The notes beneath the pieces are model-generated. The model was not told where the DNA came from, ran no database searches, and worked only from the letters and a program-made list of their open reading frames with translations. Position numbers and translations under genes: made by a program. From the NCBI GenBank assembly GCA_002279935.1, contig NCCZ01000008.1:85998-149997 (forward strand): a DNA stretch of 64,000 bases, written 5' to 3'. Positions 37,632-46,606 of the stretch are shown here, in pieces. Position 1 is the first letter of the stretch. Every line of letters starts with the position of its first letter. This DNA comes from Hyphomicrobium sp. 12-62-95. Lineage in GTDB: Bacteria > Pseudomonadota > Alphaproteobacteria > Rhizobiales > Hyphomicrobiaceae.

Positions 37632-37719
37632 GCGGGCTTGCCCTACGGGCTGTTTGGGACTGTTACCCCGCCACATTGCCGCCCGCCCGAAGGTTTGGGC
37701 TGCTTCATTAGCAAGGGCG

Positions 37720-37747
37720 TTGACAGGCGGGTATTTCGACCTAGAAC
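37720..37747 (+). promoter_or_regulatory. Candidate sigma-70 promoter TTGACA-N16-TAGAAC
   Basis: A perfect -35 and a plausible -10 lie ~28 nt upstream of the small ORF at 37775. Confidence 0.45.
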
Positions 37748-37774
37748 CCGGGTCTCACTCAGGAGATTGACCCC

Positions 37775-37897
37775 ATGCCGACGATGTCGAATTCACGCCG
37801 CCGTAAGATCCAGGCCCGCCAGCGTAAGGCGAAGAACGCGGAATCGCGCGTTGCCAAGATCGCCAAGAAAGAGCGCAACGCCAAGAAGGTTGGCTGA
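37775..37897 (+). CDS. Unannotated 40-aa highly basic protein (MPTMSNSRRRKIQARQRKAKNAESRVAKIAKKERNAKKVG)
   Basis: It is below the ORF-track length cutoff. aggag lies 9 nt upstream of the ATG, the promoter is just upstream, and GC3 is 32/40 (80%) by hand count. Confidence 0.6.
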   Translation: MPTMSNSRRRKIQARQRKAKNAESRVAKIAKKERNAKKVG

Positions 37898-37911
37898 TCG
37901 CCCGCCTTGCC

Positions 37912-39129
37912 TCACCGGCTTGCGTCCTTGTCGAGCGGCTTTAACTGCATCAGCCCGCCGTCTTCACCGTCTTTGAGCACGTAGAGACTGCCGTCGTTTG
38001 CTTCGGCCACGTCGCGGATGCGCATGCCCATATCGATGCGCTCCGTTTCGCGGGCTTCTTCGCCCTTGACCTCGACAATCACAATGGCCTCGGAACTCAA
38101 GCCGCCGATCAGCGCCTTGCCGGTCCAGTCGCGGAAGCGCGTTCCGGTATAGAAGGTGAGACCTGCGGGTGAGATCACGGGCGACCACGAGATGACGGGC
38201 TTTTTGAATTCCGGCCGCGTGTCGTGGTTGGGGATTTTCTGGCCGTTGTAGTGGTTGCCATTCGAGACGGCGGGCCAGCCGTAGTCGGCGCCGCGTTCGA
38301 TGAGGTTTAATTCATCGCCGCCGGCCGGGCCCATTTCGTGGATCCAGAGTTTGCGCGTGGCGGGGTCGAAGGCGATGCCCAGCGGATTGCGGTGACCCGT
38401 GCTCCAGACATCCTTGCGGGCGTTCTTCGGTCCTTGCTCCATATTGTCGGCGGGGAGTGAGCCGTCGTGATTGATGCGCACGATCTTGCCGGCGTTGGTC
38501 GCGGGATCGTGGGAGAGGAAGCGCTGACGATCGCCGTTGGTGATGAAGAGTTTCTCGTCGCCGGAGAACGCCATGTGGCCGCCGAAGTGGCCGCGGCCGA
38601 TCTGCTTAGGCTCCTGACGCCAAATGACTTCGACGTTCTTCAGCGCGGTGCCGTCGAGCTCGGCGCGGGCGACGGCGAGACCTTTGAGGACGATGTCGCT
38701 GTTGGGGCCGTTATCGCCAACGCGGGGATCGCCGGGGTCTTTCGCGTTTGCGGGCTGGGCTTCGGCGGGTTCGGCGTAGGAGAGGTAGATCGTGTTGTTG
38801 GTGGCGAAGCCAGGGTGGGCGACGACGGAGAGCAACCCGCCCTGACCTTCGAAGTGGACCTTGGGCACGTTGGCGATGGGTTCGGATAGTTTCCCATCTG
38901 CGAAGAGGCGGAGGTTGCCGGTTTTTTCGGTGATCAGCAGGCGATCATTGGGCAGGACGGCGATCTTCCAGGGATGCTCGAGTGGGGTCAGCATCTCACC
39001 CTGGATGGTGCCGGACTTGGACGTGAATTCTTGCATGCCGGAATCCTGCGCGAAGGATTGATCACCCATGATGGCTGCTCCCATGATTGAAGCGCCCAGC
39101 GCCAGTTTCGCTCGCCATGCAATCGTCAT
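37912..39129 (-). CDS. Periplasmic PQQ-dependent sugar (sorbosone/aldose) dehydrogenase-family beta-propeller
   Basis: A signal peptide is followed by motifs typical of YliI/sGDH-like proteins (GGLLSVVAHPGF, HFGGHMAF, GHRNPLGIAFDP, DELNLIERGADYGWP). Confidence 0.8.
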   Translation of the reverse strand: MTIAWRAKLALGASIMGAAIMGDQSFAQDSGMQEFTSKSGTIQGEMLTPLEHPWKIAVLPNDRLLITEKTGNLRLFADGKLSEPIANVPKVHFEGQGGLLSVVAHPGFATNNTIYLSYAEPAEAQPANAKDPGDPRVGDNGPNSDIVLKGLAVARAELDGTALKNVEVIWRQEPKQIGRGHFGGHMAFSGDEKLFITNGDRQRFLSHDPATNAGKIVRINHDGSLPADNMEQGPKNARKDVWSTGHRNPLGIAFDPATRKLWIHEMGPAGGDELNLIERGADYGWPAVSNGNHYNGQKIPNHDTRPEFKKPVISWSPVISPAGLTFYTGTRFRDWTGKALIGGLSSEAIVIVEVKGEEARETERIDMGMRIRDVAEANDGSLYVLKDGEDGGLMQLKPLDKDASR

Positions 39130-39201
39130 CGCACACCATCCTGGTATCCTGTTTCAAACGGATAAGGCTGGTGTAACGGCGGGAGGGGGAGGTGGTTCCG
39201 G

Positions 39202-41418
39202 TTAGTGTCCCGCCATGTAGTCGGGCAGCCAGGCCTCGTTGAGGGTACGGAGTTTGTCGAGGGGGTAGGGGTCTTCGTCGCCACGGATGCTGAGAGTAGT
39301 GCCGCCGACTTTGCCGAGGATGCGGGCGGGGAGCGCTAAAAGCCGCGCGCGTTCGAGGACTTCCTCGGCCATTGCAGGCGAGACGGAGAGGACGTAGCGG
39401 CCCTGGTCTTCGCCGAACCAGGCGGCGTGCGCGGGCAGGGTGCCTTCGTAGGCGTAGAGATCGGCGCCCAAGTTGCCGGCGAGCGCCATTTCGGCGATGG
39501 CGACGAGGAGGCCGCCGTCGGCGCAATCATGCACGGCGGAGACGTTGCCTTCGCGAATGAGGGCGCGGACGAGGCGGCCGGCTTTCAATTCATCGGCGAG
39601 ATCGACGGGGGGCGGGGCGCCTTCGAATTTGCCGGCGGCCATTTGCTGGTAGAGGGATTGTCCGAGCCAGCCGCGTTCGAGGCCGATGACGATCAGGAGA
39701 TCGCCGTCGCGCTTCAGCGCAATGTCGGCGATTTTCGACACGTCAGGCACGAGGCCGACGCCGCCGATGGCGGGTGTGGGCGGGATGCCGACGCCGTTGG
39801 TCTCGTTGTAGAGCGAGACGTTGCCGGAGACGACGGGGTAGTCGAGCACGCGGCAGGCTTCGCCCATGCCGCGTACGCTGGCCACAAACTGGCCCATGAT
39901 CTCGGGGCGCTCGGGGTTGGCGAAGTTCATGTTGTCGGTGATGGCGATGGGATCGGCGCCAACCGCGCAGAGATTGCGCCAGGTTTCAACGACGGCTTGC
40001 TTGGTGCCCATCTCGGGGTCGGCTGCGACGTAGCGGGGTGTGACATCGCAGGTGGCGGCGATGCCCTTCTGCGTGCCGTGGACGCGCACGACGCCGGCAT
40101 CTCCGCCGGGGCGGCCAACCGTGTCGCCCATCACCATGTGATCGTACTGCTGGTAGATCCAGCGGCGCGAACAGAGCGCGGGTGAGGCCATGAGGGTTGT
40201 GAGCGCTTTAGTGAGGCTTTCAGGCGGCGGCACCCACTCGGGCAGCACAGGCGCGGGCGGCACGGGATAGAACCAGGGGCGCTCGTACATGGGCGCGGAG
40301 TTGGCGAGCACGGGCACGGGCAGATCGGCTTCGACCTTGCCTTTATGCGTGACGATCATGCGGCCGGTGTCGGTCGTGGTGCCGATGACGGCAAAGTCGA
40401 GGCCCCACTTAGTGAAGATCTTTTCCGCGTCCGGTTCGCGGCCGGGCTTCAGGATCATCAACATGCGCTCCTGGCTTTCGGAGAGCATCATTTCGTAGGC
40501 GGTCATGTCGGGTTCGCGTTGGGGGACGTGATCGAGCACGAGGTCGATGCCGACGCCGCCTTTGTCCGCCATTTCGGATGTAGAAGACGTGAGCCCGGCC
40601 GCCCCCATGTCTTGGATGGCGATGATCATGTCGGTCGCCATCAACTCTAGGCAAGCTTCGATGAGCAGCTTTTCGGTGAAGGGGTCGCCGACCTGGACGG
40701 TGGGACGTTTCTCGTCGCTCTTATCGTCGAATTCGGCCGACGCCATGGTCGCGCCATGGATGCCGTCGCGGCCGGTTTTCGAGCCCACGTAAACGACGGG
40801 GAGGCCGACGCCTTTTGCAGCGGAGTAGAAAATCTTGTCGGACTTGGCGAGGCCGACGCACATGGCGTTGACGAGGATGTTGTTGTTATAGCCCGCGTCG
40901 AAGTTGGTTTCGCCGCCGATGGTGGGCACGCCCGTGCAGTTGCCGTAATGCGCGATGCCGGCGACGACGCCGTCGACGAGGTGGCGGGTCTTGGGGTGCT
41001 CGGGCGCGCCGAAGCGGAGTGCGTTCAAGTTTGCGACGGGGCGGGCGCCCATCGTGAACACGTCGCGCATGATGCCGCCGACGCCGGTGGCCGCGCCCTG
41101 GAAGGGCTCGATGTAGGACGGGTGGTTGTGGCTCTCCATCTTGAAGACGGCGCAGTCGCCGTCGCCGAGGTCGACCACTCCGGCGTTTTCGCCGGGGCCC
41201 TGGATGACCTTGGGTCCGGAGGTGGGGAGCGTCTTCAGCCAGACGCGGGACGATTTGTACGAGCAGTGCTCGGACCACATGACGGAGAAAATGCCCAATT
41301 CGGTGAGTGAGGGCTCGCGCCCGAGGATTTTCAGAAGCCGCTGATATTCATCGGGTTTCAGCCCGTGTTCGGCGACGATCTCGGGCGTGATGGTGGGCTT
41401 TGCGGCGGCGTCTTGCAT
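39202..41418 (-). CDS. purL: Phosphoribosylformylglycinamidine synthase subunit PurL
   Basis: 738 aa with [41 protein letters not shown] and the duplicated AIR-synthase-like domains. Confidence 0.97.
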   Translation of the reverse strand: MQDAAAKPTITPEIVAEHGLKPDEYQRLLKILGREPSLTELGIFSVMWSEHCSYKSSRVWLKTLPTSGPKVIQGPGENAGVVDLGDGDCAVFKMESHNHPSYIEPFQGAATGVGGIMRDVFTMGARPVANLNALRFGAPEHPKTRHLVDGVVAGIAHYGNCTGVPTIGGETNFDAGYNNNILVNAMCVGLAKSDKIFYSAAKGVGLPVVYVGSKTGRDGIHGATMASAEFDDKSDEKRPTVQVGDPFTEKLLIEACLELMATDMIIAIQDMGAAGLTSSTSEMADKGGVGIDLVLDHVPQREPDMTAYEMMLSESQERMLMILKPGREPDAEKIFTKWGLDFAVIGTTTDTGRMIVTHKGKVEADLPVPVLANSAPMYERPWFYPVPPAPVLPEWVPPPESLTKALTTLMASPALCSRRWIYQQYDHMVMGDTVGRPGGDAGVVRVHGTQKGIAATCDVTPRYVAADPEMGTKQAVVETWRNLCAVGADPIAITDNMNFANPERPEIMGQFVASVRGMGEACRVLDYPVVSGNVSLYNETNGVGIPPTPAIGGVGLVPDVSKIADIALKRDGDLLIVIGLERGWLGQSLYQQMAAGKFEGAPPPVDLADELKAGRLVRALIREGNVSAVHDCADGGLLVAIAEMALAGNLGADLYAYEGTLPAHAAWFGEDQGRYVLSVSPAMAEEVLERARLLALPARILGKVGGTTLSIRGDEDPYPLDKLRTLNEAWLPDYMAGH

Positions 41419-41869
41419 GGGCTCTCTGGGGGCTCATCGGCGGCTGAAGTCACTCTCGGCCGCGTTATAGCCCCCCGCACCGGCCTTGTCGCGGTGCTGG
41501 GACGATTGGGCTGGGGAGGGGGATGAACGCTTGGAGGCCTGCGCCCAGCGCGGTCCCGGCGGCCGGAAGATGAATGCTTGGGTGTTCGAGCGGGAAGGGT
41601 ACTCCAAAGACAAGACGTCCTGAGCATCCCGGTATTCGCATAGCTTTGATTCAAATGGCAGCCTGGGCGGGTGAGCCTACCCGTTCGGGCTGTGACTGTT
41701 TTGCGCTGCAGCAAACGCAGGGCTGGGGTGCTGAACTAGCACTTTTGTACAATGGGCCATGGGGTTACTGACGGGGTCGCCAGCAGTTGAGACCAATCAT
41801 GAGCATGTGAGGCCGCTGCGGGCGCTGTTTGTGTTTACAACCTAAGTTCAAACACGATGGAGCCCACCA

Positions 41870-42286
41870 ATGTCCACTTCGCTTTCTTCCAAGTCCCTTG
41901 TCGCAGCCGCCGCTCTGCTCATTGCAGGGGCCGCCGGTCTGGGTGCATCGGTCACCCATGCTGGTGAGTTCTCGTCGGCCACGGTCGTGAAGCCCAAGGC
42001 TGGTCTGTCGTTTCCCGTGGGGTCCAAGCAGGCCGTCGGCTACTTCCTCGCCGAGCGGGGCGGTTGCGATCTGACGCTGTTGATCGGTGAGGCCGGCGAA
42101 TCGGCTTCGGAAGCTGCAAAGGGCGGTACTGCCTCGCGTTTCAGCACGCTGGTGGCTGCCGGCCGCACGGCGCGAATCGATACAGCGGATGGTCCTTCGG
42201 TCGAGTTTTTCTGCTCGACGGGCGCATCGTTCCTGACGACGCGCGTGTACGAACGGGTCGCCTACACGACTTCGGCAGCACGCTAA
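41870..42286 (+). CDS. Small secreted hypothetical protein
   Basis: ggag lies 8 nt upstream. Signal peptide LVAAAALLIAGAAGLGASVTHA. It has its own terminator. Confidence 0.6.
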   Translation: MSTSLSSKSLVAAAALLIAGAAGLGASVTHAGEFSSATVVKPKAGLSFPVGSKQAVGYFLAERGGCDLTLLIGEAGESASEAAKGGTASRFSTLVAAGRTARIDTADGPSVEFFCSTGASFLTTRVYERVAYTTSAAR

Positions 42287-42310
42287 GAGATTTGCCGGTT
42301 TCGGCTGGAG

Positions 42311-42336
42311 AGGGGCGCTGCGTGGCGCCCCTTTTT
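42311..42336 (+). terminator. Rho-independent terminator
   Basis: aggggcgc-tgcgtg-gcgcccct followed by tttt. Confidence 0.85.
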
Positions 42337-42560
42337 CGTATGTGCAACGCTGGCGTTATTGTAATTTGAGGAGCGATGCACCCGCGCATTACACAATGAT
42401 GAAGTGAGCTATGCGGCCAGCGCAATGGTGCACTGCGATTTTGAAACTTCTACAGCGTAGAAAAGTTGGGTAGAAAACAAAGGCCGGTTGGTGCTGGGAA
42501 GCATTGTGTGCCTGCCGGCGTCAGAACAGACAAGGCCCGTCAACGGGCCAGGAGATCATC

Positions 42561-42626
42561 ATGCAAGCCTTCATTCTGGCGCTGTTGCAGCGTCAGCCGG
42601 CTCGCCGTCGCAATCGCGAAGGCTGA
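42561..42626 (+). CDS. Candidate 21-aa ORF (MQAFILALLQRQPARRRNREG) inside an orphan terminator-bounded unit
   Basis: aggag lies 6 nt upstream of the ATG and a hairpin ggcccg-tcaa-cgggcc sits just 5' of the SD. GC3 is ~67%. The locus could equally be an sRNA with a fortuitous ORF. Confidence 0.25.
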   Translation: MQAFILALLQRQPARRRNREG

Positions 42627-42738
42627 GCTAGTATCCCCCGCTAGGGGCCGCGCGACGCGGCTTGGGCGGGTTCAGTTTCCTCCGAGGTGTTACCAGTGTC
42701 ACGGCGTCTTCCTCCAAACGCGTTTTGACATGACAGAA

Positions 42739-42775
42739 GCGGGGCGGTCCGAAAGGTCCGCTCCGTTTTTGTTTT
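42739..42775 (+). terminator. Rho-independent terminator with no annotated gene feeding it
   Basis: gcggggcggtcc-gaaa-ggtccgctccgt (one mismatch, two G-U pairs) followed by ttttgtttt. Confidence 0.65.
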
Positions 42776-42813
42776 GATTGGGAGGTGGGGCGCTAGGTCT
42801 GAGCAAGTAGCTG

Positions 42814-42880
42814 CCTCTTTCCCCCGGCCTTCGCCGGGGCAGGCCTGACCCTTAGCCTGTGAAGGAGACGGGGAGAGGGG
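42814..42880. repeat. Compound GC-rich palindromic element (REP/BIME-like) lying between two opposing terminators
   Basis: The outer arms cctctttcccc / ggggagagggg enclose the hairpins ccccgg-ccttcg-ccgggg and aggc...gcct. The cccctctcccc-type motif is reminiscent of intergenic repeats common in Rhizobiales (from memory). Copy number cannot be assessed from one window. Confidence 0.35.
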
Positions 42881-42918
42881 ATCAAAGAAAACCCCGCTAG
42901 GCTGGCGCCTGCGGGGTT
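42881..42918 (-). terminator. rplI rho-independent terminator (minus strand)
   Basis: On the minus strand: aaccccgc(aggcgccagccta)gcggggtt followed by ttctttgat. Confidence 0.8.
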
Positions 42919-42943
42919 CTGTGGTCGAATTCTGTCGAGAGGC

Positions 42944-43519
42944 TCAGGCCTCTTCGCCGTCGTCCGCCGGGGCAGAGCCTTCCTCGAACATGTCTTCGGA
43001 ATAGGTCTCGATGTCGAGCTTCTCTTCCTTGATGACGGTGACGTTCTCGCCGCGGGCCTGACGATCGGCTTCTTCCTGCGAGCGGGCGACGTTGACGGAG
43101 ACGGCAACGAGCACTTCCGGGTGGAGCTGGATCTTGGCGCCGTGCAGCCCAAGCGTCTTGATCGGCTTGTCGATGACGACCTGGTTGCGGTCGACGGTGA
43201 AGCCACCGGCAGTGACGACTTCGGAGATGTCGCGCGGGGAGACCGAGCCGTAGAGCTGGCCGGTGTCGCCGGCTGAGCGGATGGTGACGAACGTCTGTCC
43301 ATCGAGCTTGGCGGCAACCGCTTCGGCTTCCTTCTTCAGCTCGAGGTTGTTGGCTTCGAGCTGCGCGCGCTGGCCTTCGAACTTGGCGAGGTTGTCCTTG
43401 GTGGCGCGGAGTGCCTTCTTCTGCGGCAGCAGGAAGTTGCGGGCGAAGCCGTCCTTGACGTTGACGACATCGCCCATCTGGCCGATGCGGCCAACGCGCT
43501 GGAGGAGAATGACTTGCAT
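42944..43519 (-). CDS. rplI: 50S ribosomal protein L9
   Basis: [36 protein letters not shown]; canonical L9 with an acidic C-terminal tail. Confidence 0.95.
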   Translation of the reverse strand: MQVILLQRVGRIGQMGDVVNVKDGFARNFLLPQKKALRATKDNLAKFEGQRAQLEANNLELKKEAEAVAAKLDGQTFVTIRSAGDTGQLYGSVSPRDISEVVTAGGFTVDRNQVVIDKPIKTLGLHGAKIQLHPEVLVAVSVNVARSQEEADRQARGENVTVIKEEKLDIETYSEDMFEEGSAPADDGEEA

Positions 43520-43571
43520 GGGGGTGGTCCTTTCGATGTGTGTTTGATGGTGGAAGGCGATGCGATTGAAT

Positions 43572-44561
43572 TCAGGTGGACACCGGAGCCGGTGGTGGCG
43601 GCGGGCCTAACGGGAAGGCGCGCTCGCGCAGCCGCAGCGGGCGTTCCGCGAGGCCGACGAGGGCGATGAAGACGGCGATCCAGACGGCGACAACGAGGAG
43701 GCCGATGTAGAGCATCCAAAGCCCGATGGGACGCCAAGAGCGGGCGCGCGTGACGTAGTGGATGACGGCGAGGCCGGCGAAGACGTAGGCGAGAAAGAAC
43801 GCGCCGAGGAAGGCTGTGCCGACGGCGCCGGCGATGCCTTTAGCGCCAGCGCCGAGCATCGAGGCGATCAGCATCAAGGCGGTGCCGGGTGGGAAATCCA
43901 TGGCCGAGATGTCGGGCCAGGGGCGTTGCAACTGCCCCGAGGCCAGCGTGATGCGGCCGGCAAGCCAGAGATTGACCACGAGCGCGGTCAGCCACGAGAC
44001 GGCGGATGCGGCCGGCATGACGGCGACCATGATGTTGGTCATCGTCTCCAGCTGCTGATCATCGAGGGGTGTGCCGGTTGCGTCCGGCGGCATGTTGGTT
44101 TTGATCGATTCCGACAGGTATTGTTTGAGACCGGTACGGAGTTCGTCGAAGTCCTGGCCAATGACGAGGAGTACGATCAGCGTGATCGAACCGGCCATGA
44201 CGGCGGCCCAAAGGACGAGGCGGCCGACGGGGTACCACTCGACAGTCGCCGTCTCGGCGCCATCCGGTTGATAGGGCCGGTTGAGGAGCGCCAGATAGGT
44301 GAGGATGACGGCGGGGATGATCTGCGTCAGCGCATAGATGCCAGCGATCATCGGACCGGCGAGCGCCAATACGATCAGAATGCTTGCAGTGCCGGCGACA
44401 GCTGCGAAGCGCCAGCCCCAGCCAAGACCGGCGAGGAAGATTGGCAGCGAGGTGAGCAGGAAGAGCGCAAAGCGCATGAGCATCGGACCCGTCGTGGCGG
44501 AGGCAAACACCACCGCCGACACGAGGCCAAGCAACACTGCTATGAGAACTTGTTTGCGCAT
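43572..44561 (-). CDS. DUF2232-family polytopic membrane protein
   Basis: About 8 TM helices. Its position between rpsR and rplI parallels YybS in Firmicutes and the usual alphaproteobacterial arrangement (from memory). Confidence 0.7.
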   Translation of the reverse strand: MRKQVLIAVLLGLVSAVVFASATTGPMLMRFALFLLTSLPIFLAGLGWGWRFAAVAGTASILIVLALAGPMIAGIYALTQIIPAVILTYLALLNRPYQPDGAETATVEWYPVGRLVLWAAVMAGSITLIVLLVIGQDFDELRTGLKQYLSESIKTNMPPDATGTPLDDQQLETMTNIMVAVMPAASAVSWLTALVVNLWLAGRITLASGQLQRPWPDISAMDFPPGTALMLIASMLGAGAKGIAGAVGTAFLGAFFLAYVFAGLAVIHYVTRARSWRPIGLWMLYIGLLVVAVWIAVFIALVGLAERPLRLRERAFPLGPPPPPAPVST

Positions 44562-44656
44562 CGGATCCCAGCTGTCCCGCTTTCGCGGTTAGGGCGCTGT
44601 CCGGCGATAGCCGCGTGCCCAACCCTTGATTTCGTTTTCGTCGCAGCGTGAGAGGC

Positions 44657-44687
44657 GGTGCCAGGCACTGGAAATGTGCCTGGCACC
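44657..44687. other. Perfect 12-bp hairpin immediately downstream of the rpsR stop
   Basis: ggtgccaggcac-tggaaat-gtgcctggcacc. There is no U-run on the minus (transcribed) strand. It may act as an attenuator or processing site within the rpsF-rpsR-DUF2232-rplI unit. Confidence 0.4.
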
Positions 44688-44698
44688 GTTGTTTGGCA

Positions 44699-44947
44699 TT
44701 ACTTCAAGACGTAGGGCAGGAGGCCGAGGAAGCGGGCGCGCTTGATGGCTTTCGCCAGTTCGCGCTGCTTCTTGGCGGACACGGCCGTGATGCGGCTCGG
44801 CACGATCTTGCCGCGCTCGGAGATGTAACGGCCGAGGAGGCGCACATCCTTGTAGTCGATCTTCGGCGCATGCTCGCCAGAGAACGGGCAGGTTTTGCGG
44901 CGGCGATGGAACGGCCGGCGAGCGGCCAACTGCTGAACTTCAGCCAT
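44699..44947 (-). CDS. rpsR: 30S ribosomal protein S18
   Basis: [65 protein letters not shown]. Confidence 0.97.
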   Translation of the reverse strand: MAEVQQLAARRPFHRRRKTCPFSGEHAPKIDYKDVRLLGRYISERGKIVPSRITAVSAKKQRELAKAIKRARFLGLLPYVLK

Positions 44948-44950
44948 GGA

Positions 44951-45505
44951 TTAGCCCTCCGAGCCAGGTGTGTCGTTGCGGGGCGGACGGGGCGGACGCG
45001 GACCGCGCGGCGCATCGCCGTCGCGGAAGCCGCCGCCTTCACGGGGGGGGCGCGAGCGGAACGTCGAGCCGCCATCGCCACCACGATCGCCACCACGATC
45101 GCCACCACGGAAGCCGCCGCCACCGCGGGGGCCGCGATCGCCGCGATCACCACGGTCGCCGCGTTCGCCACGCTCGTCGCGGTCCTGCTTGCGCATCATC
45201 GCAGACGGTTCGGTTTCGTGCTCTTCGACCTTGATGGTGATGAAGCGCAGGATGTCGGTCTGGATGCCCATGCGGCGCTCCATTTCGGCCACGGCGGCCG
45301 GGGGAGCATCGATGTTGAGCAGCGAGAAGTGCGCCTTGCGGTTCTTCTTGATCTTATACGCGAGGCCCTTGAGACCCCAGTATTCCGACTTGGTAATCGT
45401 GCCGCCGCCTTCGGTGATGACGTCGGTGAATTCCTTGGTCAGCGTCTCAACCTGCTGGTTGGAGACGTCCTGACGCGTCATAAAGACATGCTCGTATAAC
45501 GGCAT
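44951..45505 (-). CDS. rpsF: 30S ribosomal protein S6 with a long Arg/Gly/Asp-rich C-terminal tail
   Basis: [20 protein letters not shown]...; canonical S6 core followed by an ~85-aa [18 protein letters not shown] tail. Confidence 0.95.
   Translation of the reverse strand: MPLYEHVFMTRQDVSNQQVETLTKEFTDVITEGGGTITKSEYWGLKGLAYKIKKNRKAHFSLLNIDAPPAAVAEMERRMGIQTDILRFITIKVEEHETEPSAMMRKQDRDERGERGDRGDRGDRGPRGGGGFRGGDRGGDRGGDGGSTFRSRPPREGGGFRDGDAPRGPRPPRPPRNDTPGSEG
45073..45108. repeat. Three tandem 12-nt units (gatcgccaccac) inside the rpsF tail, encoding (GGDR)x3
   Basis: Read directly: catcgccaccac gatcgccaccac gatcgccaccac. Confidence 0.8.
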
Positions 45506-45840
45506 GCTAAACCCCTTCTGTTCTGGTTCCACAGCGGCGAATTTCGCAAATGTGGGTCATGCCCCGGCGCAAAGCCTATGCCGGACCTGGAAGGGCCAAC
45601 AGGAAACCCATGAGAGTGAAGACACTGGGAGACGGAGCCGCTTTAGGCTCCTCCGCATGATCAGCTTGCGCTAATACAACACGGCCCCCCATTCAGCCTC
45701 CAACCGGAGCGGGTGACGAGGGGGCTTATACGTGAATTTCGGCGGGAGGCAAGGGAGAGGGCACAAACGCGGGTGCGGTCGGAAGTCCCGAGCGGCTGAA
45801 TACGCGTATAGTCGTCGGGGCAAAATGAGGAGCAGGCCGC

Positions 45841-46602
45841 GTGCTGCGCAAGGATGAACTGAAGGGTGTGAAGCCGACGGCGGATGCGGCCGAGGTGGCG
45901 CGGTTTAATGCGTTGGCTGATGAGTGGTGGAAGCCGGACGGGGCGTTCAAGGTCGTGCATGCGTTCAATGCGGTGCGCGTGCAGCACTTGTCGCAGCAAC
46001 TTCCGGCGTTGTCGGGGCGGTGTCCGATCCGGGAGAAACCGTTATCCGGTTTGCGGCTCTTGGATGCCGGTTGTGGCGCTGGGCTCGTTGCGGAACCGAT
46101 GGCGCGGCTTGGCGCGGAGGTGACGGGCATCGATGCCTCGGAGCGCAACGTGATGGTGGCGCGGCATCATTCGGAGCAGGCGGGGATCGGGATCGACTAC
46201 CGGCATGCGCTGCCGGAGGATCTGGCGGGGGAGGCGGCTGCGTTCGACATCGTGCTGTCGCTGGAGGTGGTCGAGCACGTGGCGGATGTCGGCGACTTTC
46301 TGCGGGCGATCGGGCGGCTCGTGAAGCCCGGCGGGTTGATGGTGATTGGAACGCTCAACCGGACGCCGCAGTCGTATGTGAAGGCGATCATCGGGGCGGA
46401 ATATGTGTTGCGATGGTTGCCGCGGGGCACGCACGACTGGGCGAAGTTCGTCCGGCCGGATGAGGTGACGGCGCACCTCGCGCCGCTCAGCTTTTCTGCG
46501 CTCGAGTTGAAAGGCGTGGCGCTCAATCCGCTGACGTTTAAGTGGAGCGTTGGGGCAGATGCCAGCGTCAACTATTTGCAGGTTCTGCGGCGAGCCAAGT
46601 GA
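45841..46602 (+). CDS. ubiG: Bifunctional ubiquinone biosynthesis O-methyltransferase UbiG
   Basis: EVARFNALADEWWKPDGAFKVVHAFN plus the SAM motif LLDAGCGAGLVAEPMARLGAEVTGID. GTG start with gaggag 9 nt upstream. Confidence 0.9.
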   Translation: MLRKDELKGVKPTADAAEVARFNALADEWWKPDGAFKVVHAFNAVRVQHLSQQLPALSGRCPIREKPLSGLRLLDAGCGAGLVAEPMARLGAEVTGIDASERNVMVARHHSEQAGIGIDYRHALPEDLAGEAAAFDIVLSLEVVEHVADVGDFLRAIGRLVKPGGLMVIGTLNRTPQSYVKAIIGAEYVLRWLPRGTHDWAKFVRPDEVTAHLAPLSFSALELKGVALNPLTFKWSVGADASVNYLQVLRRAK

Positions 46603-46606
46603 TGTC

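Noticed and set aside
41480-41600. A possible ZTP (pfl) riboswitch upstream of purL. On the minus strand the sequence reads CCGGGACCGCGCUGGGCG, reminiscent of the ...CCGCCUGGGC 3' element.
   Set aside because: The match is imperfect, and I could not find the obligatory 5' sub-domain (GACUGGCG-type pseudoknot partner). From memory, purL is not a usual ZTP-regulated gene. I treat it as coincidence unless cmscan says otherwise.
42466-42777. A 103-aa ORF-track entry spanning the rplI-downstream gap.
   Set aside because: It is Arg-rich, runs straight through several hairpins and the terminator at 42739-42775, and has no SD. The region is better explained as a small transcript or micro-ORF.
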